A stretch of DNA of 64,000 bases from Tubiluchus corallicola (lineage: Eukaryota > Animalia > Priapulida), in the NCBI GenBank assembly GCA_030141605.1, contig JAQGDQ010000888.1, positions 1 through 64,000 of the forward strand, written 5' to 3'. Under the pieces are notes generated by a model, which saw only the letters and a list, made by a program, of their open reading frames with translations, had not been told where the DNA came from and did not search any database. The first letter of the stretch is position 1. Each line of letters begins with the position of its first letter. The translations under genes were made by a program, and so were the position numbers. This document shows, in pieces, positions 25,011 to 64,000 of the stretch.

Positions 25011-27639
25011 ATTAAATACATCAAAGAAGTGAAAGGTATAGATCTGGGTTGGTGCAATGGTCTGGAGGGTTGCCGGGTCGGAGCAATGGTCTGGAGGGTT
25101 GCCGGGTCTGTGCAAGGGTTGCCACATTCAACGTGCATTGTCTATAACCCTTAGTGCAGGGCTTTTGCACTTAAGGTCCTTCCAAGAAAGCAAATGAAGC
25201 ATGAAATGTCTTTAAGTTTGAAGAATCATTTGAAAATATAGAAAAGCCTATAAATAAGAAATATAGAAAATATAGAATTTTTTCGTTCACTCGCTGCATT
25301 TATGATTTAACCCGATTGCTTGCTTTTTTGTTGTTGCATTCATGACTTGTTTAGTTGTTGTTTAAATATTTAACTGCATTATTTGCTCGCTTCTTTCCAT
25401 TGGTATAATTATAATATAACTGCTTTGCATTTTGTTTATTTGCTACACTTAAGACCTAACCAGGTATTATTCACTTAACCATGTAGTCTGCCGTGCTTTA
25501 TACTATTCCTAAGTTATATAGGGGTGGCTGACTCCATGACCTCCTGGTCTTTCGCCATCTCGACATCCGTTACATAATTTGTTGTATTTGCGCTATAAAT
25601 ATTATATTAGAGATAAATAAACCTTTGAATTGAATTGAGTAGAAATAGTTTATAGAAAAATAAATTAAAAAGAAATTGGGAAGTATGATAAAAAATAATA
25701 ATTTTCAAAGACCAGTCTACATTGAAAAATGGCGATTAGATGAAATGAAGGAACTTATGGTTATAAGGCTTAATAGGGCTAATGTTAAAGCAAATTTTAA
25801 AAACCTATATGAGAATGACCGTTAGATGTTCGTTACGTTACAGAGAAGACGACACTGCAGAGCACAGTTTGAATGTCAAGCAATTTACGTGTGAATAAAT
25901 GGGTTCTACCAGTACAGGATACAAGCCGCTCAAATATAAAGTAAGAAAAGTCACAATGTATGTCAATGCAATATTGCAGTAAAATTGTAAACAAAGACGA
26001 GGAAACTGTATGATCTATATAGTATGAATTACAATACAAGTAAAGTTCGTTCCTGTAATTGATCTTGCAAACAGGCACTTTTTGTTGATGCTTGTTTGGT
26101 GAAGAGGATCGAGTGTAACAACTGCATCCACAGATAATAGTGATCTATCATCAATAATCGATTTTACTACTGCCATAAGCTCCGAAATAAGGGCCTTTAC
26201 TTCAGCTTTAAAACAGTTTAGTAACCATGACTTGTTTGCGTTTTTACAACTATCGCCACAAATACTTACAATGCTCAAACTAACAAACCATCACAATCTA
26301 TAGAGTTTAGAACATTTCACGTTTATTGTAGTTATCAATTGCAGCAAATATCAATACTTTGATATTAATTATTGACAGTATAATATATTACTGTAAATTT
26401 CTCTCACTTAGCAAATCTGGTAATACACGATACCTTTCAAATCAACCACTGAAACGGTTGCGATTTCAGAACTATGTAACGACTGCGCCATAAGTTTCGT
26501 GACCGTTTCTGCTAAAGCCTGCGACGAGAAGAGCGTGAAAAAACTGTCTTTATTGTTGTTATTGTTCTTATTTTACTATAGTTTAGTAAAACATATTAGT
26601 TGGAAGAGGGCTACCTGGTTCAAAACCCGGCTTTCTTCTTTAATATCAGAATTGGTTAGTGCAAGTTCTCTTATAGTGTTGACTTGATGTGTCCTCTTCA
26701 TGTGCTAATGATTTACAAATTTTCTATATTACATGTTGTTCTTTATGTACATGAATACATTGGTAGAATAAACCTAATTTATTTTTTAAAAAATGTGTTT
26801 TTAAACAAGTTAATTTACTATAATAATTATAATAGCAACAATAATAAAGAAGGAAGATGTTACATGATATAATGGGTGCAAGGAAATGATAGGCTATGCT
26901 TAAAAGTTAACAGATATGAACATCTTATCTTCTAAAGCGTAAATTATTATAATATTATCACTGAATCTGCTTTTTTATTTTAATGCTCCTTATTTTTGAA
27001 AATGAAAAATCAACGAAATTCTTGAAGAAATAATTGAATAATGACACTGTTCGTATCAAACAACCTAGTTAAATTGCACCTGATTTTGACAAACTGCTCG
27101 AACTCGTTGGCAAATTGATTTTAATTCGAAGTAGTGTCATGATGGCATATAAAAAACAGTAGTATGTCAGCCCTGTTTCGAGGCAAAACCAGAACTAACC
27201 GGCCAACATATTTAAGTAGTAGAGAATAGAGAGAAGTTAGCCGTGACATTACTTTCATACTTTTAAATTTAAACTACTGGTCTACTACAGTACGTATTTT
27301 TAACAACACCCCTCGATCAATTTGGACCTAGTCCTAGACAATAAGCATTCTTCCTTCAAAATTAAATGCTATTTCTCGTGGTTTCTGTCCATTCTTTTTG
27401 GTTTATTCTGGGCAGTGGTGGAAGGGACAATTACTTCTTGTCCCTGCATATTGATCCATTGATTATAAAGCATGAGTAGAAAGTATGAGATTTTCCGTGG
27501 GACGACAAAAGAAAAAAATTGCCAAACACACAAGATCATTTCAGTGGAATTGTGGTTTTGTACTTTTCATCGTTGCTTTAAAAACTTGAATGTTGAAGCG
27601 AAGTACTGGTAACCTGATACTGGTTACATGCTTGTTTAA

Positions 27640-28270
27640 AGGAAGACAGGATGGTTTTTCATATACTACGCCATTTTCAAGTAAGATAAAAAGTATACAT
27701 TTTAACACTAATAATACTGCAAAAGCATTTCTAATAATTAAGCAACAGATTAAAATCCTAATTAATGGTAGTCGAGCCCAACTATTGATGACGTCACAAA
27801 CTAACATAATTTTCAAGAGCAAAATATTCCGCGAGCGTGTTGCACATGGTTGCAAAAAAGAAAATTCGAGTACAGTGCTACTGTAAGATATTCAGCGTGT
27901 TGTACTAAAACTAGGCAAGTTTTGAGAAAAAAGTCGAAATTTCAAATTTACTGCTGTGCTAAAGCATGAGCTGTCAAACGTCTGTAGTTCGTCAGTAACT
28001 AACACACCTGAACTGACAGGTACATCACCTGTTTTTTGTGTAATGGGTTTTCGAAATGCAGGTGCCAGTGCCCGTCTAACTAGTGAATAGCGAAATGCAT
28101 GTAACAGCGAAGAATTAGTGACGTGAACGTCAAACTGTGTTTGAGTGGAAATAATTCTTTCATGTAAGTTATTGTGTTTTCTTATGTATATTTATGTAAA
28201 TAGTATGTTTTCTTTCAATAATTTAAAAAGTCGATTATTTTGACCTACGGTTTAAGATTGTGTGCGATTT
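27640..28270. repeat. Interspersed repeat family, also at ~22370-22770, 33490-33780, 37180-37680 (inverted), 43860-44150
   Basis: Shared blocks gagcgtgttgcac.tg and gagctgtc.aac.t.tg.agttcgtca.aactaacaca.ctgaactga.aggtaca. Confidence 0.8.
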
Positions 28271-31200
28271 TCCTTCAGCAAGTGGAAACTTATGCAACTG
28301 ACCTCCAGACTCTTTAAACTAAAAATTTGTGAACATCTGAGTGTTTCGTCTAGAACTGGTAGGAAATTATAAAATTCTCTTCAGTTTAGCATTAGTGACT
28401 GTATTTGTGCTTCTGGCCATAAAACTGATTTCCATCATTTCAGCAATGTGACCAGAGCTACAAATAACTGAGGCTTATTAATAAATGAAAGTTTGTCTAT
28501 CTACCCTAATAGCCTTCTCTTAATGTGCAACGTAGTTCAATTCAATTAACTTTATTTCCAAACGCTTAGTTATCTATTACCGTATCTATTTCTTTTCTAC
28601 GAGTCTGTTTATTCATTACTTTGGCTTCTTTGTAAATACATAATTATTGCATAATTTTTTATAACGTATAGGTTCTGTCTATATAAACTGATTGTTGTTT
28701 GTATAGTGCACCACTGATGATGACAGTTCATTGCTGTTGAAACGTTAAACAGTTGTAAATTAAAGTTTTTTTTAATAAAAGTTGTGCTATTTTAATGATA
28801 AATGCTTTGAAGTGTCTGGATAAATTGGTTTATTCAATTAAATTTCTAAATTATTATAGTGAGTTTATTTTTTCTCTTCTAACAACCACCATGTCATAGA
28901 CACGTGGGTTATAAAAATAGTTCATTATACTCTAATAAATGGTAACACCTCAATAATAGGTGGAATGAGACTTGATAATGATCAAAGTAGACTGCCCAGT
29001 AAATAAAGCAAGTAGCGCCGCAACTATTTGCAGTGTGTTAAGGAATAACAGTCGTTTTGAGACTAGCGCCTTAGCTTAATTGCGTATTTCATGTTTTACT
29101 TCTAGATATTAATATAAACTTGATTGAACTGTAATCAAAAATGAAACATCCTACAATCACCGGAAGAATTATGCGGATAATTATATAAATTGTGGAAGTT
29201 TGGCACAAATTATCACGTTGGTGTTGATCATAATGGTGTTTTTATCACTTTTCTATCTTTTTCTTAATTTTTACGTTTTCTTGCCAATTTGACTTCGCAC
29301 TGTAGTAATTACAAGTTAGCTACAAATATTAGAACAGAACATATATATATATATATATATAATCTTTATTTGCAATTAAAATACATTGATAATCAGTTAA
29401 TCACCGATAAAAACTTTACAGAGATGATCAATCAGTGTTAGTTAATAAAAACTTACACTGCTAAAGGCAAAGGCGTCAGTGCAATCTAAACTACTTTGCA
29501 GTAATGGAAAGTAACGATTACTAAAATCAAACATAATTGCAACTTGCACAGAAAATGAAAAAACTATGATTTAATTAATATGGCCGTGGATATATGAATT
29601 CTGAATTGGTGTGTATGTTGTCGTACTGGTGTGATGGTATTTCATATCTGGTTAATATTAGTGATTTTAATTTTGTTTTAAATGCTGATAGGGACTAGAT
29701 TTGTTTAACCTGTAATGGTAGAGAATTCCAAAGTAGAATTGCTTGTTTGAGTTCATATTTTCCCGTACTTCGAAACGGGATAGGATATAAAGAAAAAAAT
29801 CACACATTTGCTTGGTGTATTCACCTTGTTTTATTTATTAGTAAAAAATAAACAAACATAATGAGGATTTATATCTCGTAATTATAACAAAAACTTAATT
29901 TTATTAGAAAACGCAACTTTGTTCTCGTGTTCAACGTTTTGTACCCGTCCGCTGAAGTAGAAAATAATCCCTACTAAGTACGTTAATTTAGTTCAAAACA
30001 TTTCAAATCATTAATTATTAGGAAACTGACATTTTAACTTTTGCTTATTTTTGACAAAAAACACAAGAAAATTAAATTACAGTACCTCTAAGCGAATTTA
30101 ACGAATTTAAAGCCAATTTACTTGTTGCGCACGAACATTCCAACTCGTGTGAAAATATCTAACACTTTGCATTATATAAAGGGGTGGGTCGCAAAATTTC
30201 AGATAGATAGCACATTCATAATTATAATCAATTGCAAAGGTCAGTTTATGCATCTGATACTAATTACACAGACTCAACTTTCACCTACCCTCGCCCCTGA
30301 CTCCATAAAACGATTAAGACTGTAAATTTTTTAAAAAATTATGTGATGTAATACGTGTTATGTTAGTTTTGTAATGTCAAATGCATAAATAGTGTAAATG
30401 TAATGAGTGAAATTTATGTAATGTAAAGCATGTTTCTGTTAATTGTGTCATGTCAAATGTATATATAGTTTAGAATATGTCATGTAAAATTTAATGTACT
30501 TTTGTAATATTATTTTGTCAAAAAAATTTAATATGGTGTTTGTAAATATGTTCATTTATTGCATATAATTAGGCTTTAGTTTTGCACTTTAGTTTTTTTT
30601 AGTATGTACTGGATGCATTTGTCTTGAACAGTGTTGTTATTTCAACACTACGCTGAGGCTTACTCAATTTTATTATAATGAGTGAACCATTTTAATGACA
30701 AATAAAGAATTAATAATAAATAATAATAAAGGTGACATAACACCACTCGCAAAAGATATGAAAAATCGTCTTGTTATTCTTTTACTTTCATAGTTGCGCA
30801 TAAACTAGTTACGACTAAGATGCGATGAATAGATAAATAATGTTAAGTGCCAAGCTCGTACTTAAGAGGCAGAAGTTGTCGCTAGTAATTCAGGTTTCAC
30901 GTTAAAGCTAACACACCACAGGTAGTTGTTGCCGCAGCTGTTATAAGAAAGCGGTCGCTCGCGTAGCATGCACTTTTTACCGTACTTCAGAATTACTATA
31001 GCTCAAAACAATCTAACGTATAACGTTTTTTGCAAACCCCTTGTCTGTGACATGGTGGTTATTACAAAATAATAAAATCCATTTTCTTTCTATGTTTTAG
31101 TTGGTAAAGGGTTTACACTTTGGAATATATCACACAAATATAAGTTTTTATAATTTTCATGAATCAAATATATAGTCAAAAATGTGTAGTCTAGTTTTAT

Positions 31201-34200
31201 TTGTAAAAATTTATTCTACAAAATTATAAAATGAAATATAACAACCTGAAAATAACACACCATTTTGTGTATAATTTGTATTATAAATCATGGAAGTAAA
31301 CATTAATTATTGTGTAGCTGCTGCTGATGATAATTATGCTGTTTGCACTTGTTCTAATAATTGTTAATTACGTAGATGGTTCTTAACAATAGCAACGAGA
31401 GGACTTACTGTTGAGGAACAGCATTGAATTTCAAAATGGTGACGTCACAAAATTACAAGCCATCTAAAAAAGCCAGTTAGCAGCAGCCGCGTTGAGGTAT
31501 AAAGTGTGTAGTCATTTAATTATTACGCTAATTTTTTGTGTTTGTTAAATATTTGTTATTATAATTCACCTGTCATGCGTCTGGAGGGGGGTAGTGCGGA
31601 ATAAGTAAAATCGGTTTATATTGTTTTTATTCACCCGTTTGTGCAGCCTGCGTATGTGTTATTCTCTTTATTGAATGAACAATTTAACGAGAAAGTTTGC
31701 AAAATGACAAAAATAAGATTCTTAAAAGAGCGGAAGTTTGAATTGCGAAATTATCTATCAGAGTTAGGACCAAATGAGTGTAAATAAATTTTAAATATGA
31801 GACTAAAGAAAGTTGAAGCTGTCATAATAATTATAAAGATAATCTTAGCTGTGTGTAACGAATAGCAAGAAATGACAAAACACTTATTTCTATAAAAAAC
31901 AGCATAATTTTATAGCGGTTTCTAGATATTAAGACCTGTATTGAAGCGTCAAAAAGTGCGTATCGAATCGTTAGGTCACGTATCAGAATAATGAAAAGCA
32001 ATAACACAATGACAGCTGTCAACAAGAAAACGTGACTAAAAAGTAAAAGATGAAACTTCCTAAAGAACAACCTTTGAACGAAGGCAAAGACTGTCAATGT
32101 GATATAGAATGGAAACTTAAATTCTCTTGCGTACCATTACAGTGTGTAGGGTATGTTCGTCGGACGTACCGACGTTGGAGGTAACAACCTCAAAGCACTT
32201 CTAAGCGTCTTGCTGAGCTCGATAATACTGTAGTATTGGCGCGGCCAGTGGAGGCCACGCGAAAATTGGTGCGCCTCTACTTGTGAAGATACTTCAAGAT
32301 AAGAAGAAGGTTATGAAAATGGCGTATCACTAATTTGTATAGTTCTGAAACAAATGTCTATAAGTCTAACTTGAGAGTCCTGTGAGCAGTAAAAGGCAGA
32401 ACGAAAACAGCGTCTTAATTTAGAAACGTGAGTATGTTTGTTTACTACTGTAATGCTGCCTTGCCAGTTGAGCATATGCATTTACACAAAGGAAGAAAAG
32501 TGATTAACCTGCGTCTGTGACCTTACTGACCTAGTCTGTGTAAAATGTTGTGTCACTGAAATCATGCAGTAATTTTATTTTTTGTTACCTTATGTATATT
32601 AAGATTTTGCTGAACTTATTGAAATGTAAGGGCAAAATTTTATTTCAGTAAAAGTGCCACGGTTTTTAAAATTTAAATTAAAATATAAAAATAAGGAACC
32701 CAATTATGTGGTTGTTTAAACTCATTTTACGATCAAATCTTCACAAGTTCACAAAGCTGAAGTAGACCTGTACAGTACTCATTAGTAAAATACTGTTTTG
32801 AAATGCTAAATAACTTTTAGGCGAATTTTTGCCTTGACCGGAGGCCAAGAGAAACTAATTAAGAAGCAGTCTAAGTGGTTACCGGCAACAGTCAGGTTCA
32901 GGCTATGTGCCTTCATTTTTTCGGGTAGAAAGGCAAAAAAGGCTAAAATACAGCAATAATAACACTTACTGTTGATATAATTGAACATAATTAGTTTGTT
33001 TTCAACTGTCTGTGCACTGCAATCTCTGCATTAATAATCCTGTCGCAATTAAACTTCAACTTCGATTATTTTTAGTTTAGGCTTTTTGTACCCTAACCTA
33101 AAAATAATCATAACTCTGATGTACAAAAAGCTCTAATCTAAGAATAATTAAACTATGTGGACAGTTGAAATGGTAGCCGACCCCTGTGCACACAATGTTT
33201 TGTAAGAAATTTAACATTAACTAATTTAGTAAAGCCAAAATTTGCCAAGAAGTTGTCGTTAGGCCTGTTGTCTAAAATACTATGAAGAGCTGTCATGTTT
33301 ATTAAAGTTTATTACATGTTTATATGACACTTACTGAAGAAAACAGTTAGCTACACGCTGTAGCTATTTGTACACTGTAAAATATAAAATTAATCTATGC
33401 TGAAAATGTCTGCGCAGATGGCATTGACGCAATAATTTCCTGATGAATAAAAAATGGTAATATAGGTAACTCTAGTGAAGGTAACATAATTTTCTATAGC
33501 AAAAATGTTCCATGAGCGTGTTGCACGTGTTTGTAAAAGTGAAAATTGAAGTACAGTGCTACCGTAAGAGTTTCGGTGTGTTGTACTAAAACTAGGCAAG
33601 TTTTAAGATAAAAATTCAAAGTTAAAATTTACCGCTGTGCTCACGTGCATGAGCTGTCGAACGTGTGTAGTTCGTCACAACCTAACACATCTGAACTGAG
33701 AGATACAGCACCTGTTTTTTGTGCAACGCATTTCTGAAATTCTGGCAGTAGTGCCCATCTAACTAGCAAATGGCAAAGCGACTTCAGACTAGGCTTGCTT
33801 TATTCAGATGGGTGCTAAACACGTTAGCTTGCTGCTGGGTTACGCAGCCAGAATATTCATTAGGATAGGTCCCCTCTAATGATTTTACTCGGCGTTGCCA
33901 AAACATGTTAAATCACCATGGATGCTCAAGCTAGTCATCAACGGGAGAATACATAAGTGAAATTTTTTTGGAATATTTCGCAAAAACTTGACATACTTAA
34001 CGTTTTAGACAGTGTATAGGAGGCTCTCTGGTCCCCGGTACGTATTAATACGTACTGCAACAACTCGGTGATAATTGTCAGCCTTTACAAGAGCCACCTA
34101 GTGGTGGATGAAAGCCGCCTTTGTTATTGCTTAATTGTTTAATGGTCGCTCTCGCCGTGCACAATTTTCAAATAAAATTCGTATTGGGTGACCAGGTCAG

Positions 34201-34299
34201 CAGCCTAGGTTCAACACCAGAAAGTCAAAAATTGACAGAGGACCGCAGACCCAGTCGTCACTTTTTGTCGACCAGAGGCGTAGCCAGAGATGCTAGAAT

Positions 34300-34710
34300 G
34301 GTGATTGATTGATGATTGATGTTCGTCCTTCGAATCGAAGATGACCATAGTGACATGGATAAAGGGTCAGTTTGGGGGTTGTCATTCCTTTGATGAGCTC
34401 GAAGGTGACTGACTAGGCCAATTCTGCCCTGGAAACTTCTTTGGCATTTGGCACAGGTGAGGCTGGGTGTTTGGACCTGTTGTTTGGCAGTGTCACATGC
34501 CTTGCGTCTCCTGCACTACTCCTCTGCCCCCTCAATTCTTTTCACCTCTGCTGTCTTAGTCCCTGTGGTGATGGCACTCCGCCATGCTGAGCGATCTTGT
34601 GCAAGGGTTTCCATTGAGCGGATATCCATGCTGAGCTCCTTGAGTGAGGCCTTCAGGCTGTCTTTGAAGCATTTCTTAGGTCATCCAACCTTTCTCTTTC
34701 CAGACACAAG
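34300..34710 (-). mobile_element. RTE-like LINE 3' remnant
   Basis: Minus strand reads ...PKKCFKDSLKASLKELSMDIRSMETLAQDRSAWRSAITTG..., followed by an (aatc)n-type tail. Confidence 0.7.
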
Positions 34711-35689
34711 AATGCTAGAATGGTAGATCATCATTAGTTATATGTCTTTATTTAATGTTATGTCCTTCCTTATACTTACAACCACTAGCAAAGTTAGAAT
34801 GCTTTTAGTCACGGACTTTATGCTTTCAAAGGCAGGTGTCGTTTAGGGCATTACCAGAAAGCCAATTCGAGTTAATAAAGCCTTTTCACCATTTCTCTGT
34901 GTGCATGCGCAGTTGCTGTATCAGCACTTGGTCTATACTCAAATGTTTCATTAATCAGCAAGTAGGACATTTTCAGATCTTCAAGTGCTTTCCAAGCATC
35001 TTGCGCAGAACTTGAAACCCGATAAACTTGCTGCCCCGACGCCTGCAGTCCCGTTAATAAATGTTTTAAGCCTTTTTACAGTTTTGCTGTCTGCTTACAC
35101 GCAGTTGATTTAGGTCAAAGGTTAACTGTACGACAGCAATGCATCTTAACTACGACCGTCACGTGACATGTGGGTAATGCAAAGCCGTCTGCCACCTCAG
35201 TTCAGTTACTTCGGTTTTTCACGTGAACTTTACTTGACTATGCATTAGTCTGTGTGTAAAGTGATTTACTAGCAGGATCTTGCTTGGAAACAAGAAAAAT
35301 GAACTAGGTAAGGTTCTAGCTAGCCGTTATAACTTGAGCTGGAAGGTTGGGAAGCATTGTCAAGTGCACACAAATGCGTTGTCTGGTGCACTTAACCGTT
35401 TGACGATCATCATCAATCACTGGAACTGTGAAAAGGCTTAATGCTTCAATCCTTTCCAGTTTTATTTCTTTGGGTGTAGCAAATTTATTGGAATAGCGAT
35501 TAATTAGCAACATTTGCAGATTGTGAGTCAATTTTTAAGAGGAAATTTGTTTAATTTTTTCTTGTTTAATGACTGAAATGTTTCTGTGTTATCAGTAATT
35601 TGATTAAAAGCTTTAATATTTCTACTCGGGTTTCTGTGCAGCTTTGCGCTTTTTCAAAATAGATTTATTCACCATTTAGTCAGTATTCA

Positions 35690-36385
35690 GATATTCAGAC
35701 CAAATCCGATATTCTAAATTTGTTTGGTCTTCTGACCAAATCCGGTATTCTAAATTTGTTTAGTCTCTGACCAAATACAGTATTCTAAATTTGTTTGGTC
35801 TTCTGACCAAATACAGTATTCTAAATTTGTTTAGTCTTCTGACCAAATACAGTATTCTAAATTTGTTTAGTCTTCTGACCAAATACAGCATTCTAAATTT
35901 GTTTGGTCTGCAGACCAAATCCGGTATTCTAAATTTGCTTAGTCTAATTTGTTTGGTCTTCTGACCAAATCCGGTATTCTAAATTTGTTTAGTCTTCTGA
36001 CCAAATACAGTATTCTAAATTTGTTTGGTCTTCTGACCAAATACAGTATTCTAAATATGTTTAGTCTTCTGACCAAATACAGCATTCTAAATTTGTTTTT
36101 TCTTCAGACCAAATCCGGTATTCTAAATTTGCTTAGTCTAATTTGTTTGGTCTTCTGACCAAATCCGGTATTCTAAATTTGTTTAGTCTTCTGACCAAAT
36201 ACAGTATTCTAAATTTGTTTGGTCTTCTGACCAAATCCGGTATTCTAAATTTGTTTAGTCCTGACCAAATCCGGTATTCTAAATTTGTTTAGTCTTCTGA
36301 CCAAATACAGCATTCTAAATTTGTTTAGTCTTCTGACCAAATACAGCATTCTAAATTTGTTTGGTCTTCTGACCAAATCTGGTAC
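35690..36385. repeat. ~36-bp minisatellite
   Basis: tctgaccaaatacagtattctaaatttgtttagtct. Confidence 0.93.
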
Positions 36386-38786
36386 TTTTCTTCAAGACGA
36401 ATGACGTCATTGGAAGAAGTATGGGTACCAAGCATGAAGTGATTGTGACTTTAAAGTGATTTTACTAATTACACGAGGCGCTTATTGCAGTCGTATTACT
36501 AAATTCTTCTAACATTTTTTGCAAATATTGACATAAAGCCTACCCTCCCAGAAGACTTGACTTTTCCTTTAATTCAGCCGGCTATATAGTCTAGGCATCT
36601 ACTGTATCAGCAACTCATGATGACTCATGCTCTATTGTTGTCGGGGACTCTCCATCCTTCTCCCAGCTTCCCTAGTGAAGCCACGCTGATGAGTCAGCTG
36701 CTCTACAAGGATGCTGCGTGCAGCTGACGTGTGTTCGGTATTGGTGTATCCAGTGTTCAATGAATCAGGAGGAGTCAGCTGTGAATATGAGCCTCAGCTT
36801 TTGTTGTGTTAGTGTCATTGCTGCTTTGTACTTGCACGAGTGCAGTGATTTGACTGAGCTCTGATAAACTGTAGCAGTTTCTGTTTCACTTCGACTCTGA
36901 AAACAGTGAAAAATCAATAAATAAGGAATTCGGAATAGATGTGATGATATAGTGAACTATTTCTCGTCAGTTGGACTGGGTTTATTTCGTAATTAATGTT
37001 GTCTGTTGCAAAGACTGCAGTGTGTTGTCCTAGTGATACTGCCGTTGAGTCTGACAGGCAGTTTAAGAATACATGGTAGGATACAAACCTTTGCTTATAT
37101 TCTTCTAGTTTTACAGTTTGTTTTTTGGCTGTTTTGTTTTGTAAAAGTATTTCTATTTTATCTTCATTTTAAGATGATTAAAACAAAACTGGACCCAATC
37201 CTAAACAATCTACTCGTTAAAATATTGAAAAGAAACATACTATTTTTTTCAAAAATGACTTACATGAAAGAATTATTATCACACAAACACAATTTCGCAT
37301 TCGCGCCACTAGTTCTTTGCTGTTACATGCATTTCACCATTCGCTAGTTAGATGGGCACTAGCGCCTGCATTTTGGAAACGTATTGCACAAAAACCAGGT
37401 GCTGTACCTGTCAGTTTAGATGTGTTAGTTTGTGACAAACAGCACACGTGAGCACAGCTGTATGTTTCAGATTTGAACTTTCATCTTAAAATTTGTCTAG
37501 CTTTGGTACAACAACCTGAATATGTTACAGTAGCACTGCGCTTTAATTTTTGCTTTCACAAACACGTGCAACACACTCGTGGAATATTTTTGCTGTTGAA
37601 AATTATGTTAGTTTGTGATGTCATCAATAGTAGGACTTGAAAATAGAGTAGTATATGAAAAATCATCCTGTTTTCCTTTAAGTTTCTGTTTGTAGCACTT
37701 TACTCAATTTTTAATGGAAGATCTTGTAAATTTTTTATAATTTAATTTAAATTTGATGTAATTTTTTTCATACAGTTGGGCATTGTTTTTGTGATCTCTC
37801 ATCCATTTACTAACCAGGTTTGGTGCTGTGATAGTCAAGCACGGTCAACATCCATTCAGTTATTCCTCTTGTCCTAAACTGTTACTGTGTATAACTACCT
37901 CCTATGTGACTAACATCATTGAGTGTTAATTATAGCTAGAGATTTGGAGATACTTTGGAAAGCTCCATACTGAAATGTGTGCATTCTACTTATTACAGGT
38001 TTTTCCAGTAGCCCCTAGTATGACTGAATTTCAATCTGTGAGAGATGTAACTGTGGTAGTACTGTTTTTGGCTTCACACAAGCTGTCTGGCATTTAGAGT
38101 AGTGTTGCATCATCTGATTAGTCAGTCTTAAAATATAATTTTACCCATCATTCGGAATAGGTGAACGATACCCCAGGGACGTACCATGACTTCATGACAC
38201 CCTAGGTTGATTGTTCTGCCCCGCCCATCTGCATTGTGAATTTATGGTTGTTTATGTAATGAGCAGATCAAACAATTACTTGTGGTGTATTAGAAACACT
38301 ATTAACCTAGTTTCTACGTGGTCATTATTAATTACATGTATTTGCATAGTGCTTATATTCAAGCAGGCTGCGCAATTGCTTGTTGTGTAATACCTTGCAC
38401 CTGTTCGTTATGTGTCAATTATATAACTGTCTGTGGTGTGTTATAAAATGCGCACGCTACATGAACATGAAAGTATACACATTTTCCGAGGAGAATATGA
38501 TTTTTTTCTAAAATGTGACACGCTCAAACTTTGGCATCCTACACTATAACCTAGTTAACCTATTGGTTAATACACCCCTGGCTACCATTGTACATAGTTT
38601 ACAGTTACATTTTCATTGTAATCAGTTTGGAGTAGAAAAAGATTACACATTATGCCGGCGTGTGTAATGTGCTCTTAGTTACACGGTAGAGTAGATTTTT
38701 AATATTTATATTGTTCTTGTTTTTTTAGGCAAAGTAATATCCTAGCAAAAGCAACAAAGAACTGGTTGTTCACTAATCACGTCAAA

Positions 38787-63014
<24,228 letters not shown>

Positions 63015-63459
63015 TAGGTGCTGCTTAATAGACTCACTTTGGGATGGAAGTGTTTTGACCCAATTAACCGACTGATTCAACTAGCCCACTGGTGTAGCAT
63101 ATTACTGCAATAAAAGTATGAGTTATGACTCATCACCTTGACATGCATTGAAAAGGCTTTAAATGAATTTTAGAAATGAATTCATGTCAAAATTCCTAAG
63201 TACAATTAATTAAGAAAACTAATTTACGTAAGTGAATTAATAAAAAAGAAAAAAGTCGCACAAATCTGATTATTACCAGTAAAAATTACAAAAATTATGC
63301 AAGATCGGTTGCTTTATTTCTTAACGAAAAAGATGCAATTCTCATAGTGATAAAAACGTTGAAATTTGTTACTGTTTCCTGTACATATTCACGGAAAACA
63401 CCTAGCCACCTAGTGGTTGAGCTGCGAACCTTGTTTTCCTTGTGAACAGCAGCGGGAAC

Positions 63460-64000
63460 TTCAAAAGCAAACTGCTGGTCAAGTGATTAAATGTCCAGAA
63501 ACAACGAGATTAACTGCAGTGAACAAGCGGGTGACAGATTCAAAGCAAAACCGCTGGTCAAGTGATTAAATGTTTAGCTTCCACAAACAACGAGGTTAAC
63601 TGCAGTGGACAAGCGGGTGACAGATTCAAAGCAAAACCGCTGGTCAAGTGATTAAATGTTTAGCTTCCAGAAACAACGAGGTTAACTGCAGTGGGCAAGC
63701 GGGTGACAGATTCAAAGCAAAACCGCTGGTCAAGTGATTAAATGTTTAGCTTCCAGAAACAACGAGGTCAACTGCAGTGGAAAAGCGAGTGACAGATTCA
63801 AAGCAGAACCGCTGGTCAAGTGATTAAATGTTTAGCTTCCAGAAACAACGAGGTTAACTGCAGTGGACAAGCAGGTGACAGATTCAAAGCAAAACCGCTG
63901 GTCAAGTGATTAAATGTTTAGCTTCCAGAAACAGCGAGGTTAATTGCAGTGGACAAGCGGGTGACAGATTCAAAGCAAAACCGCTGGTCAAGTGATTAAA
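63460..64000. repeat. 86-bp tandem repeat running off the window end
   Basis: gattcaaagcaaaaccgctggtcaagtgattaaatgtttagcttcc..., period 86. Confidence 0.93.

Noticed and set aside
32200-32433. Possible PAK promoter and non-coding first exon (CpG-richer patch, aaaatggcg, gtgagt donor at 32428)
   Set aside because: Plausible but supported only by short motifs; needs transcript data.

Overview
AT-rich, repeat-dense animal (invertebrate-type) genomic DNA with spliceosomal introns; no prokaryotic features, CRISPR arrays or rRNA/tRNA genes. Three genes can be reconstructed by hand. (1) A complete folate-receptor-family gene (+, ~8.0-18.5 kb) with a duplicated signal-peptide exon. (2) A group I p21-activated kinase (PAK1/3-like) gene (+, ATG at 38787, ten coding exons traced, continuing past the window end). 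(3) An uninterrupted ~794-aa ankyrin-repeat + Mab-21/cGAS-like nucleotidyltransferase (cGLR-type) ORF, nested antisense in a PAK kinase-domain intron and bracketed by ~290-bp direct repeats. The second striking signal is that five separate tandem arrays are amplified copies of real exon/intron junctions (2 in the folate receptor, 3 in PAK), giving runs of 2 to ~38 near-identical splice sites, one of them in-frame and stop-free. The rest is MITEs (hAT, Tc1/mariner, piggyBac-like), solo-LTR-like elements, LINE remnants, minisatellites and microsatellites. All coordinates and counts were read by eye.
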